A model generated the notes under the pieces. The model had not been told where the DNA came from. It was given only the letters and a program-made list of their open reading frames with translations, and ran no database searches. DNA of 64,000 nt from Eledone cirrhosa (taxonomy: Eukaryota), in contig OZ024756.1 of the NCBI GenBank assembly GCA_964016885.1, forward strand, positions 27,590,001 to 27,654,000. Direction: 5' to 3'. Positions 1 through 12,806 of this stretch are shown here, piece by piece. The position numbers and the translations under genes are program-made. Within the stretch, counting starts at the first letter, position 1; the number at the start of each line of letters is the position of its first letter.

Positions 1-621
1 TCACTCATATATGAAAAAACAATCTGAGCCTCTGATCTTTTTTTTAAAAGGCAAATACAATAAGAACTTTGTAACGCGAACTGGCGCGAAATTTATTATT
101 CTTATTCACATGACAGTCATCAACCAACCAAATTACTTTCCTAAAATACCTAGTATTTCGAGCCACCTTTTTCCACATAAAACAGAAGTAGCATTCGAAC
201 ACCAACCAGATGCGAGAAAAACCACAAACCCTCCATCTCAATTCTACTTTTGAAAAAAACCCTGATTTTCTTATATACATATATGTACATATATATATAT
301 ACATATATGTTTGTGTGCGTGTATATGTGTGCAAAAATAACTAAATATAAATGGAAAAGAATGAAACGAAATTTCATTTCTCACTCTTAGTACGGCTTAT
401 ACTTAAATGTAAGTATGTATGTATACGTACATACATATATGTATACAGACGTACAGTAGTATGTATATATATATATACATACATGCACACATATATATGT
501 ACGTATGGGTTTACCGAACATTTATTATAATGTTCGGTTTGTTTGTAAACAAACAGCCTGAATTACGCCGTACAGTGTTCAGGCAACCATCGTCGCCTTT
601 TTGTTCAACACTGACACAGGA

Positions 622-664
622 ACGATGTACTAGTTTCAAGCTTATTAGCTATCGTCAGCATCGT
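622..664 (-). ncRNA. Type I hammerhead ribozyme
   Basis: ACGAUG-CUGACGA-UAGCU AAUA AGCUU-GAAA-CUAG-UA-CAUCGU, with a 6-bp stem I. A copy with damaged stem I lies at about 60406-60440. Confidence 0.8.
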
Positions 665-1184
665 ATACCTTCCTGTCAGATGATTGAAGTCTGAAAGTAT
701 ATACTTTCCTTATGCGCATTAACGGCTGAGCAGCCTAATTTGCATATCGAGTGAGTTAGTCGGCCGGGCGCACCGAAAACGATAAATGGAAAAGAATGAA
801 ACGAAATACATACTTACATTTAAATAAATATATATATACATATATATACTTTTTTATGATTTATTGCTAAAGAATAAAAGATAATGATAAAATAAAAATG
901 TATTTTCTAAATAAAACGAGGCCTCAGTGTTGGGAGGGCTGAACTATAGCTTATTGAACTCATACGTACTTCTACCACTGATGTGAATGCTGGACTCTGA
1001 CGGTGCAGACAAACGAAAACCTGGATGCAGGCAGCAGAGCTGAACGGCATATGGCTGGTTAAGGGTTGCCATCAGGGAGGAATCAGGTAGGAAGAATATC
1101 CCGAGAGTCATAGAAGAGGTCCAACTCCGGTGGTATGGTTACATCTGGCGTAAGGGTGATTCAAGAGTCCTGATGAGATGGTTC

Positions 1185-1680
1185 ACACCACCACCACCAC
1201 CACCACCACCACCACCACCACCACCACCACCACCACCACCACCACCACCAACAACAACAACAATACCGACAACAACACTACCATCACCACTAACAACACC
1301 ACCATCATGATCACAACCACTACCAACACCAACAACAACAACAACATCAACAATACCAACACCAACACCAACACCACCATCACCACCACCATCACCACCA
1401 CCACCACCACCACCACCACGAACAACAACAACACCATCATCACCACCACCACCACCACGAACAACAACACCATCATCACTACCTCCACCACCACCACCAC
1501 CACCACCACCACACCACCAACAACAACAACAACAACACCAACATCACCAACAACACCACCACCACTACTACCGCCGCCAACAAGAACAACAACAATAGCA
1601 ACACCACCAACAACACGAACAACACCATCATCACCACCAGCACCACCAACAACAACAACACCACCACCACCACCGCCGTC
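1185..1680. repeat. (CAC/CAA)n trinucleotide array
   Basis: Seen directly. Confidence 0.95.
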
Positions 1681-2199
1681 AACAATTAGAATTGGCAGTA
1701 TCGGTAAAGCGTCGGACCCCATGCCACTTGGTGTAGGGTTACGGCTCTTTAAGTTCTGAGTTCAAATGCCACCGAGGTTAGCTTTTGCCTTTTATTCTTA
1801 CGAGGGGTCGATAAAATAAAGTACAGGAAGGCGCTGGGGTGGGGTTAATCGACTTTCCCCTCCTCTGAAAATTGTTGACCTTGCACTTAAATTAGAAACC
1901 ATTACATGAACCGTAGTCATACATTTCTTAGGCCCACGATCGTATGGTCATGATTTTGATTCTCGGACCAAGTGACATGTGGTGCCATTAATCAAGACAC
2001 TTTTTTTCACATTGCTCCAGTCCATTTAACCGGGAAAAAATGCGTTGTACTTGTAATTGAAGAGACCAGCTTTGTTACCACGACAAACCGGATGTAGTTT
2101 TATTGCAGTCTCCACAATAAACCGTTAAAAAGCTGTAACTACTCCAATCATGCAACAACAATTTGATTTTCTACTTGCTAGACATGGGTGACAGTCTTC

Positions 2200-2310
2200 A
2201 AACACTTCTTCCAGCGGGTCCTGTCAGAAGCAACCGTTTCCAATTGATCCGGCTGGATCCCCAAGCGAGTCCAGTCGAGCTCATAGATGTTATCCATACA
2301 TCTTGGTCGC
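2200..2310 (-). mobile_element. Old RTE C-terminal fragment (a similar piece lies at about 45790-45920)
   Basis: The minus strand encodes WLDNI-like..LGIQPDQLETVASDRTRWK; both loci match each other. Confidence 0.55.
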
Positions 2311-3160
2311 CGTGGCTCTAGAAGAAGAAGAAGAAGAAGAAGAAGAAGAAAAAAAAGAAAAAAAAAGAAGAAGAAGAAGAAGAAGAAGAAGAAGAAGAAG
2401 ACGACGAGGACGACGAAGAAGAAGACGACGACAAGGACGACGAAGAAGAAAAGGTACGTTTATCAGCTGTCACCTGGAGATTATAGACTTATTGACATGT
2501 TCCCACACTATCATTGTCATTAAAGCTACTTAGCAGTATTGCTGTATTGATGCGATCAGATACTGCTCAAGCTGTTTTTGTCCACTTTCTAGCACATTTT
2601 TATTCATCCTGCCATTCATATTGACACCTTTTTCGTTTTAATATTTGCAGAGAATTCATTGTTATCTTCGATCTTTGTCGATGTACATGTATTACAAACA
2701 AATAAATTGTTTATGTGTAATGTGGTGTTTAGCCTTCTAAATATCGATTATTGCATCGGACATTATATATATAGACCAGACCCCTTTATCTTCTTCTTCT
2801 CTCTTTTTTTCCCCCTGTCAAAGTTGGGCGAAATTCTTTCCTTGCTCACATTTCAACCAGGTTTGATGGTCTTTTGTCTCTTGTTCACGATTTCACCGAG
2901 TTTATATTCATAGAGATCTGGGACTTGTCTATTTCCTCTCACTTTCCGTTGCTTAAACTTTTTTGTTTGTTACCCTGGCGTCCCCTTTGTTTACGTGTCC
3001 CAACGACTTTTTTTAGCCGTTGTTCGCACCAACCTGAGGCATATGGCCCTTAAAGCGATGAAATGCCTGCGACGGTTGGAGGGTCACTGATGAAGGACCT
3101 ACTTTTTCACATGCCCCACCATTTGCAACGGGCAGCCTATTATTATCATATTTATACATA

Positions 3161-4635
3161 TCATCATCATCATCATCATCATCATCAGGTTTAGCGTCCG
3201 TGTTCCACGCTTGCATGGGTTTGGACGGGGGTTTTCCCACTTGAGGCAAGAGTGGTTGTCTTGCTCGCATAGGACTGTCTGGCGGGTTTTCTACAGTTGG
3301 ATGCCCTTCCTAACACCAACCACATTTACAGTGTGGGGCTGGGAGGTTTTTACCGTGTTGCCTACACGGCCACATTACAGCGTGGACTGTCTGGCAGGTT
3401 TTCTACAGCTGGATGCCCTTCCTAACACCAACCACATCAACAGTGTGGGGCTGGGAGGTTTTTACCATGTTACCTACACGGCCACATTTACAGCGTGGAC
3501 TGTGTGTTTTTTTGTCGTGACACCTACACGATCTCATTTGTTTCGGCCTGGATGTTGTGGGACCAACATAACTTTACATTGAAAGGGGCGGTGTGGATGG
3601 GGTGGAGGTGGTGGGACCGGGGGGTGTTTTGATAGAGATGCCTACTGACTGTAATAGGTTTTTACTTTGTATTTAGGTAAGGCGGGTCTTCTCTATTACT
3701 GAGTACCGCCAAAGGTCTCGGTCCAGTGACATTGTCTTGGAGAGGTGTAAGCGTGTGAGGTCGGAATTTATCAGCTCGTCCCATGTTTTTCTGGGTCTGC
3801 CTACTCCGTGGCTACCGTCTATCTTTATTGCCCTGCACTTTGTTATACAGCTGTCGTCTTTCATGCGCATCACGTGACCGTACCAACGTAGCCTTCTCTC
3901 GAGTAAACAACATCTGATCCCTCTTATTTCTAATTTTTTCCTTAGTTCGTTTATGCTTTGCCGTTCACGTATATTACTATTGCACATCCAGCGGAGCATG
4001 CAAGCTTCGTTCCTCTCTAGTCTGTGTATATCCTCTGCACACAATGCCCAGGTCTCACTGCCATGCAGCATTGCTGTTCGTATGCAGGCATCGTATAACC
4101 TGCCTTTCATTTTTAGGGAGAACCCTCTAGCGGCTAATAGTGGTATAAGCTCTCTGAACTTTTTCCATCCAGTTCTGACTCTAGCTACTGTACTTTCAGA
4201 GCACCCTCCCCCACTGCTGATTTTGTCACCCAGGTAACGGAAGCTGTCCACTATTTCTATAGAACCCTCTGCGCAGTTGAAGGAGCTAGTATTTTGTGGG
4301 CACTTGCTGCTACTTATTGCACCAGAGCACCGGCCACATGTAAAATCTATGTTCTTAGTTAGCTTACCTGTGATCCCACTACATCTTTTATGCACCCATA
4401 CTTTGCATTTGGGACATAAAATGGAGTTTCTACCTACGCCTTTCCTACACACTGAGCATGGCCATTTCCCAGATGGGACTGCCGCCTTATTTTCTTTCCT
4501 ACAAACTAGAACTTTAGTCTTAGCCAGGTTAATTTTAAGGCCTTTTGATTCTAGGCCGTGCTTCCATGTTTGGAATTTCTTCTCCAGTTCGGTCATTGAT
4601 TCAGCTATGAGCGTTAGATCATGGATGTTATCCAA
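3161..4635 (-). mobile_element. RTE-clade LINE, 5'-truncated (RT C-terminus, 3'UTR, (GAT)n tail)
   Basis: 320-aa ORF with GLKINLAKTKVL, FRYLGD, MLHGSETW, RRLRWYGHVMRM, GRPRKTW. The 3'UTR has internal tandem repeats, and a (CAT)n tail lies at 3161-3187. Confidence 0.92.
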
Positions 4636-4689
4636 CCATCTTGTTCATGGTCTACCACTGGAATTCCCACCGGTTGACTTTACCTGCAA

Positions 4690-5190
4690 AATCTGTCCAG
4701 TGATTCTTTCCTTAGATATTCTGTCCACTTGACTGTAGTACTGGAGCTGTGATCTCTCAATTTGGAGAAGTAGTGGCTCCCCTTGTGATGAGTTAAGTAA
4801 TACCATGTCATCTTTCAATTCCAGCTGACTGATCCTACATCCACCAATTGTGATACCACTTCCAACCTGGTTGCACATGTCAATCCCGTTCATGAAGATT
4901 ATGAACAGAAGATGTGACAGTACACATCCTTGGCAGAGTCTGACTACCACATTGAATGGTTTTGATTTAGTACCATTTATCCGAACACAAATACTAGGGC
5001 ATTCATATAGGAACAATTGGGCAACAAGAAGCTGTCCTTTGATCCCATATTCCTACAGAAGCTTCCACACTAGTCCTTGTGGAATGCTGTCATATGTCTT
5101 TTCAAGGTCTATGAAGCAAGCATATATCTCTTCGCAGTACTCCCACGATTTCTCAAAGATCTGCATTTAGGGCAAAAACCACGCTGATCC
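4690..5190 (-). mobile_element. Older degenerate RTE-type RT fragment
   Basis: IFEKSWEY..CFIDLEKTYDSIP and VRLCQGCVLSHLLFIIFM..KDDMVLL, with stops. Confidence 0.8.
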
Positions 5191-6925
5191 AGGCCGCCCA
5201 GCACACATGAGTCAGCTAGAGAATACTTTCTCACTTTAAGGCTTTTAACATCTCAGGCCGAATTTGATCCACCCCAGCGGCCTCGCTACATTTGAGCTCT
5301 TTAATTCTTCCTAATTACCCTCAAAACCATGACCGCCTCTATCAGAGTCATCACTATCACCCCCACTACCACTGCTATCATAGCTACCACACCACCGCCA
5401 CCATCATATGACCAGAACAGTATCTGATAAATCTGTTTCTCCCTCCCTCCTTCTCAGTAGGAAAAGAAACTTAACTTGTTCTGCGCAAACTCACACAAGT
5501 TTAAACTAACAACCCAGCTTTGTGTGTATATATATATATATATATATATGCCTATATATATAAGTTGTTTACAAACATATATAGTCAGTTATATATATAT
5601 ATATATATATATGTGTATGTATTTAAGTTGTTGACATATATATATATATAGTCAAGTTGTGTGTGTAAGTTGTTGACATATATAATCCGTTGTCATCATC
5701 TCATCATCAGCAGTTTTATAGATATAGATATATTTAATATATTTAAAAAAAATATATATCATAATCTATAATATATATATATATATAGTCGGCTGTGTGT
5801 GTGTTTGCATTCTACATACATACATATATATATATACATGTATGTGTATGAATATAGGTTGTGTATGTAACTAGCAGGATATTTGCCCAGTGCTTTACGT
5901 AGTTACAATTATGTCGTCTAACGGTAGTACTCTGTATCAAACCCAAAACATTTTTGACACCCTCAGCTATGGCCCAGCCCCCGAGACTGACACTATCGTC
6001 CAGGTAATTCATATTATTTTAACACTTCTTCACCAATATTCCTTCCTTAATACTTATATATTTAACGCCACCCCCTTTTTATTTTTAGCTTTGATTGTAT
6101 GTTTTGGTGTACTATATTTATAGCGATAATTAGTTGACATGTACGTGGGTCGGATAAAATGTTCATAGGCTAAAATATTCTCATGGAATGATCAAATGCG
6201 GTATATTTTTCAACATAGTCCCTGGAAAGAAACAATGCAGATATTAATGAGAAGAGTTGAAATTAATGCATACAAGATTTCACAGCTCTAACATCATTCC
6301 TTCATAGTCAGACTATGACCTCTTAAGCTGACCCTCGTTTAAACCCTTTGATAGAAACATCGCCCCTTTGTTTTATAACACAAAGCTCTTTGACTGAACA
6401 AATATCGAATTGATTGTTTTTATAGATTGAAAATATACACAAACAATATATACATTAAACATTTATTACATAAATATTACTCAAAATTATCCAATGCTAC
6501 ATGAATATTACGCAAAGAAATATAAAACGAAAACGAAATTAAAGTGTTTATATTTGTCTAAAAACTTTCGATCGTAATTCTATGTAAGCACCTTTGTTAA
6601 GTTATGTTGTGTACATCAATTTAATTATTTAAAGCACCTGAAGCCACACCAAGTCCTACGGTAACAAACTGATTGTTTGAAACGGTTTATAAATTTAATT
6701 CTACGTAAAAGGGGAGAAAAAAATTGTTTGTTATGTTCCTAACACCAGCTTTATAATGTGAAATTTATATACTTTGTATTTATTACTAAACCCCTCCAAA
6801 TTCTTTATTATTTTCAAAATTATTTAGAAATTATATGCTGTCTTTTATTAGGAATATGGTAACGGAAGCATTAAATTTTGATACGATGGTATAAAGCTAT
6901 GTTTTTGTTAATCACTCATTCAATA

Positions 6926-7117
6926 TACGAGGGTCGGCTGAAAGGTTCATAGACTAACCAAGGTACTCTCATGGCATGACCAAATGATGTTTATTTTTCA
7001 GCATAGTCCCTGGAAAGAAACAGTCCAATTATTAATTGAAATTAATCCATGCAAAATTTCACAGCACTAGCATCACTCCTTCGTAGTTAGCCAATGAACT
7101 TTTCAGACCACCCCCTT
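6926..7117. mobile_element. Mariner-like MITE (second copy near 6141-6340)
   Basis: tacgagggtcggctgaaaggttcat at one end and atgaacttttcagaccacccc at the other; the internal sequence is shared between the two copies. Confidence 0.65.
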
Positions 7118-7472
7118 ATTGTGTCACGCGGACTCACTCTGAAAAATTGTTAAGGGTACATGTGTTCATGGGCTGTATTAAGTCTATTTAAGGATCCAAG
7201 CTCTTTAAAAGATTAAAATACCCCAACCCTCATATATAAAGTCTGTAAAAAATAAAAAAAAAGTTGTGGGCGTCCCTCACTCTTCTAGTTATCTCCCACA
7301 GTTTTGAAGAATATATTTCTCCAAAACATTAAAAAAAAAAAAAAAAAAACCATAGCGAAAATATAAATTTCACTTCTAAAGCGAGACTGGTTTAACGGTA
7401 AAAATTTACCAAAATTGGGAGGAGCGAGCGGATGTCAAACATTTAGATTTAATAAAATAATATTCATTAAGT

Positions 7473-7534
<62 letters not shown>

Positions 7535-7535
<1 letters not shown>

Positions 7536-7720
7536 TGCTAGCGTAAACCTCTCCAAATGAAGTTGATGTTTATTACGGTATGTCGAATATATTTATCTAT
7601 AAAACTGTTTATATTGTATTTTGTCTGATGAAGGCATAGCATATTGTTAATATGATATCCCCGAAATATATATAATGAAATAAATATGGTTTTATAAATA
7701 TAGTTTTCCATTTATTTAAT

Positions 7721-7725
<5 letters not shown>
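7535..7725 (+). mobile_element. Short 3'-terminal fragment of the same PLE family, between (TA)n tracts
   Basis: Matches 19330-19495, including tctgatgaaggcatagcatattgttaatatgatatccccgaaatatatataatg. Confidence 0.8.
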
Positions 7726-7758
<33 letters not shown>

Positions 7759-7845
7759 TATAGTTTAGCGAGTGTGTTCTGTTATTAATTCTGGCAATAC
7801 TACGCAAATATGACCCTCCCCAAGTATAAATATATATATATATAT

Positions 7846-7976
7846 AGTACATTATGAAGAGAGAAGAAACATTTAGATATAATTAGTAATATAATGTATC
7901 ATACCTAAACAGTTTAGGTATGATACATTATATTACTAATTATATCTAAATGTTTCTTCTCTCTTCATAATGTACT
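7846..7976. repeat. Perfect hairpin with 65-bp arms and a 1-nt loop
   Basis: Centre atacctaaac-a-gtttaggtat at 7911. Confidence 0.95.
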
Positions 7977-8156
7977 TTTAGCTCTGATACTGGTTCAGTC
8001 CAATCCATTCGGATTGGTTTGTCCCAGTTATTCATAGAGCAACATCGGTTAAGGTTGGCACCATTAACTCAAGGATGGATGTGAATATATTCATCTATAT
8101 ATGTGTGTGGATATATTCATCTATATGCATGTATCTGTGTGTTTCTCAATATATTG

Positions 8157-8222
<66 letters not shown>

Positions 8223-8259
8223 TAATATATATATATATATATATAAATATAATATATAT

Positions 8260-8372
<113 letters not shown>

Positions 8373-8456
8373 CGTTATTCCGGGTTGAATCGGAGGTAAC
8401 CACAGTAAGTAAGGTACTCAATACATAGCAGAGTATAAAAGTTTTAATATAGATGA

Positions 8457-8505
8457 GATTCTACAGGACTAGAACTGTTTCATTCATTAGAAATCATCAG
8501 GAATC
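8457..8505 (-). ncRNA. Type I hammerhead ribozyme (family A)
   Basis: GAUUC-CUGAUGA-UUUCUAAUGAAU-GAAA-CAG(loop)CUG-UA-GAAUC. Confidence 0.75.
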
Positions 8506-8600
8506 CTGATGATTTCTAATGAATGAAACAGTTCTAGTCCTGTAGAATCTCATCTATATTAAAACTATATATATATATATAAATATATATATATAAAAAT

Positions 8601-8701
<101 letters not shown>

Positions 8702-8712
8702 TATATATAAAT

Positions 8713-8786
<74 letters not shown>

Positions 8787-8788
<2 letters not shown>

Positions 8789-9195
8789 GGTGGCTGCCAA
8801 CTCGTTTTCGAGTACGGCCACTACTTTATATCCATGTAGGAGAACCCCTACTGATGCGCTGAACGAGTGTGACTTTTTAGTCCAGCCAGCGACTTGAAAA
8901 CTCTGGTACAAACACTACACTTGTGACAATTATTGACACATAGTGCTGGGCCCATGGTACCATGTGACGACAAGTGCAGAGAGATCTCCAGATATAAAGC
9001 AATGCCTGTGTCGTGAAGCTTTTATAGTGTGCAAAGGCACTGCACAAAGCCAGTCCCACTCTCTTAACCAAGATGATATTTACCAAAAAGAAGAACAAGT
9101 CAACATCATTGGATACCAACAGGGTTGCAGGTGTTATATCAGAGTTTTCCTTCTCCTAGAATTCTGCCTTGACAAAGGCTAAGGGGTCATCTCTC
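8787..9195. repeat. Dispersed repeat of about 410 bp, near-identical copy at 45215-45623
   Basis: Direct comparison by eye shows only a few substitutions. Confidence 0.9.
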
Positions 9196-9289
9196 CCTGT
9201 GATTTTGGATGGCTATTGACTCTTAAGATCTTCTTTGTCCTTTGATAAATGTATACATACATATAAGAAAAATACAGGAGAAGGAGGAC

Positions 9290-9460
9290 CTATACGCACC
9301 ATTGATGAGGAGTTTGCAGATCCAGTATCCAAGATAACTTTCAGCTTCATACCCATCATTATTAGAGCTACAGGTTATATACCAATCCGCTTGGACCAAA
9401 CTGAATTTGGATTTGTGGACAAAGAGCGCAGATCTCTAATTCATAGACTACAATTTCTTT
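9290..9460 (+). mobile_element. Degenerate RLE-type LINE C-terminal fragment
   Basis: FSFIPIIIRATGYIP..FGFVDKERRSLIHRLQ resembles the IPIIIGALG motif. Confidence 0.45.
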
Positions 9461-9529
9461 TCTTTTACAACCTTGCCACCAGGAAGGTGGCCGGTGGTCA
9501 AAAATGTATTCGAAATTAAGAGAAAGAGT

Positions 9530-9622
<93 letters not shown>

Positions 9623-9879
9623 TATTTTCCGTAGTGTTGTAATATAAATATTACACCAACCACGCATATCTATACTATCTCCAATCCTTCTATAGATTTA
9701 GAAAAATAATCAATAATATATTCTATAAAAATGTCAAAACAACAGATGGGAATCTAATTACTCACTGCCACCAAAAATTCTCACTGCTATCAAAAAACCA
9801 CTCCCTGAACTATTCTTCTAACAACTTCACCCCTCCCTCCTAATATTCTCTATAAAAACCAAACAGGTCCTCAGTAAAA

Positions 9880-10000
9880 TTATTCCGATGAAATGACAGT
9901 TGATAATAACATTGAAATATTGAATGTCTGCATAACTAATACTTTGTAGATAGCAGCTGTTTTCAGGTTATGTAACTGTTATAGAAACACGTGTCAATAA
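9880..10000 (+). ncRNA. Variant hammerhead ribozyme (CCGAUGA core, long stem II)
   Basis: UUAUU-CCGAUGA-a AUGACAGUU..AACUGUUAU a-GAAA-CACGUG-UC-AAUAA. Confidence 0.7.
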
Positions 10001-10034
10001 ATTCCTTTTAACTAAACTGTATCCATTAAAATCC

Positions 10035-10109
<75 letters not shown>

Positions 10110-10834
10110 ATGAAATCGAAAATACAACTGGAATTTTATTTTTTAAAATATATATATTTATTTGGTTCCTTTACCGTTTAGAACTGTGAAACCGGTAAAG
10201 GAACCAAATAAATATATATATATTTTTAAAAATAAGACTCCAGTTGCATTTTCGATTTCATCATTTTTTCTTTATACTTTCACTCGTGTAGCGAGAAGAA
10301 CAATTACACGCAAAGACATAACCACGTTTATGGTATAAATGAAGTCGTAGACTAATATTCTATTTAGTAAACCGAATGATTCGCGGCCTCGGAGTTAAGA
10401 ATAATGTAAATAAATTAATAGAACGAAAATGACAAAGGTCATTAAAATCAAAAAACAATAAAATCTATACATACACGCATCTATATACTTACATACACGT
10501 GCAAACGCGAAAACACCCGCCATGCATGCATATACATGCACGTACACATAAACACGCTCACACATACATAAACCCGCACGACACATGTACCCGCACACAT
10601 ACAAACGTATACACCAAATACACATAATATATATATATATGTGTGTGTGTATACATATAATTATATAAACGCATATAAATATACACACATAAATATATAT
10701 ATAGCGCACGCACACACATACCTACAGGTAAATACACATATGTTCACCAAACGTACATCAACCAAAACACAATGTGCACATATACACACCTTACATACGT
10801 GGAAACACGCATACACAAAATACACATTGTGTGT

Positions 10835-11070
10835 GTGAAGGCTTAGTGGTTAGAGCATTGGGCTTGCAATCGAAAGGTTGTGAGTTCAATTCTCGGTCCG
10901 GGTGATGTGTTGTTTCCTTGAGCAAGACACTTTATTTCACGTTGCTCCAGTTTACTGAGCTGTAGAAATGAGATGATAGGGACTGGGGTCCCTATCATTA
11001 AATTACCCAAGACACTTCGAACGAGATATACCTTGGAGGAGGCCAGCTAAACCTGCATAAGTGTGAGCTG
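10835..11070 (+). mobile_element. tRNA-derived SINE family 2 (other copies near 62295-62410, 49470-49760, 1970-2075)
   Basis: tRNA-like head ggcttagtggttagagc..gagttcaattc followed by conserved ccttgagcaagacactttatttcacgttgctcc. Confidence 0.75.
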
Positions 11071-11158
<88 letters not shown>

Positions 11159-11329
11159 GTGTGTGTGTGTGCATGTGTATTACACACACACACACATATA
11201 TATAATAAATGTAATCTGAGTTTTTTGAATATTAATAATAATATTCGATTTGTTTGCAATTAAGCTAACAAGATCTCTTTTTTAAAGCCATGTCAGTAGA
11301 CTGAGCCCCTCATTCTTGCTCTTGTGTTG

Positions 11330-11515
11330 GCATGTTTTTGTTGTTTTGGGAATGGAGGATTTGTTTTTGGTTGTTAATGGTATCTAACCAGAGCTCTGTG
11401 TCTAGTACAGGTAATCGATGGTTGGGGTGTCTACTTGGGTAGTCTATAGTAACTCTAATGCTCTGGTGGATGGAGTTTGCTATTTGCTGGATGCTTTCCA
11501 TTGTGTTTTTCTCTA
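11330..11515 (-). mobile_element. Fragment of a PLE-type RT C-terminal region
   Basis: Translation TMESIQQIANSIHQSIRVTIDYPSRHPNHRLPVLDTELW resembles the motif D/E region of PLE RTs. Confidence 0.5.
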
Positions 11516-11698
11516 GAGAAAAATGAAAACACACACAGGACAAAATGAAAACACACACACACATAGAACAAACAACCAACCAACAATAAATAAATAAATA
11601 AATAAACAAATAGAAAAATATAAATAGAAAACAAAATAAAAACAAAATGGCGTAGGATAGAAGAAAGGAAAGGCACAGAAACGAAGAAAGGAATCCCC

Positions 11699-11743
11699 AG
11701 TCACTGAAGAGGTCACAGAATGTGTGACGAAAGGACTATGACT
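11699..11743 (+). ncRNA. Minimal type I hammerhead ribozyme (sister copy 16024-16064)
   Basis: AGUCA-CUGAAGA-G GUCACA gaaug UGUGAC-GAAA-GGAC-UA-UGACU. Sister: GUCA-CUGAGGA-G GUCACA uuc UGUGAC-GAAA-GAAC-UU-UGAC. Confidence 0.75.
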
Positions 11744-11955
11744 ATATATATAAACAACTATCTGGTTGTGGAACCAACCAACCAACCAGAAATTTATAAG
11801 TTTGTAGATTTGTAAATTTGTAGATTTATAAATTTATAAATATATAATAAATTGAAGTGAAAGCAACTGGTACGTGTGTTTCTTATTGGCAACATGACCC
11901 TCCCAAAGTATAACAATATCAGTTTATATTTATATATATATATATATTCTCACAA

Positions 11956-12061
11956 GCTCCGATGAATTGACTGGTTATAACTTTGTATTGGTGATCGAAT
12001 GACGTGAAAACAAGCGGGTATCGATCTCTAGACCTACCAGTTCAGAGAAACAATTGTCAGC
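11956..12061 (+). ncRNA. Variant hammerhead ribozyme (CCGAUGA core, long stem II)
   Basis: GCU-CCGAUGA-..ACUGGU..ACCAGU..-GAAA-CAAUUG-UC-AGC, with distal CUCA/UGAG pairing. Confidence 0.65.
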
Positions 12062-12276
12062 AATGAGATTAAAAACCTTTGTTGCAATGCAACCCGTGTC
12101 ACTCTTCTTTCCCGATTTATCATTACTCCAAGTGTTTACAACATAGGAATAACAGCGTACCCGCAACATCACTATAGAAAGTCAAACTTAGCCAAGCGTT
12201 GATATTATCGACTACCCGGCGAACCATAACTGGACAACACGTAAGTGGACTACTTATAACAATAATCTGTTATCCC

Positions 12277-12315
<39 letters not shown>

Positions 12316-12571
12316 TTAAAAATGTACATCCACATATGTATACTGAAATACTAGTATGCATATGAATACACACACGTATACATATGTAGATGTACCGAGT
12401 TTTTCACTGGTCACTTTACTGGATGTACATTTTTAACTTAATTGTTTAAGCGTCAGTCATACAAAAGTGAGTTACAAACGAAACGAAATTTAATTTCGTT
12501 TCGTTATTTGTTTTTATATATATATATATATATATATATAATTGGTTATGCACGAGTGCATAATTTTAATT

Positions 12572-12616
<45 letters not shown>

Positions 12617-12697
12617 AATATTTTTGTGGGAAAGGTAAAAGAAAGAAGAGTGCTCAGAGCTATTTAATTATGTAATAAACAGCACAATATAATTATT

Positions 12698-12764
12698 CCA
12701 TTTACCAAAGGTTTCACGATGACAAGCGACCTCAACAGAGGTGTCCGAAGTCGTTCATCAGAAA
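12698..12764 (-). ncRNA. Hammerhead ribozyme inside a fold-back element
   Basis: CUGAUGA-ACGA..GACA CCUC uguu GAGG..UGUC..UCGU-GAAA-CC uuu GG-UA. Stem I is weak on this strand. Confidence 0.6.
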
Positions 12765-12806
12765 AAAAATTTAAACTTTTCCTTTCTGATGAACGACTTC
12801 GGACAT

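Noticed and set aside
1165-1185. cctgatgag as a hammerhead core
   Set aside because: No downstream GAAA or stem III; the sequence runs into (CAC)n.
10835-10900. Possible tRNA genes at SINE heads (also near 62300 and in family 1 copies)
   Set aside because: A and B boxes are present, but no full cloverleaf forms and the sequence continues into SINE bodies.
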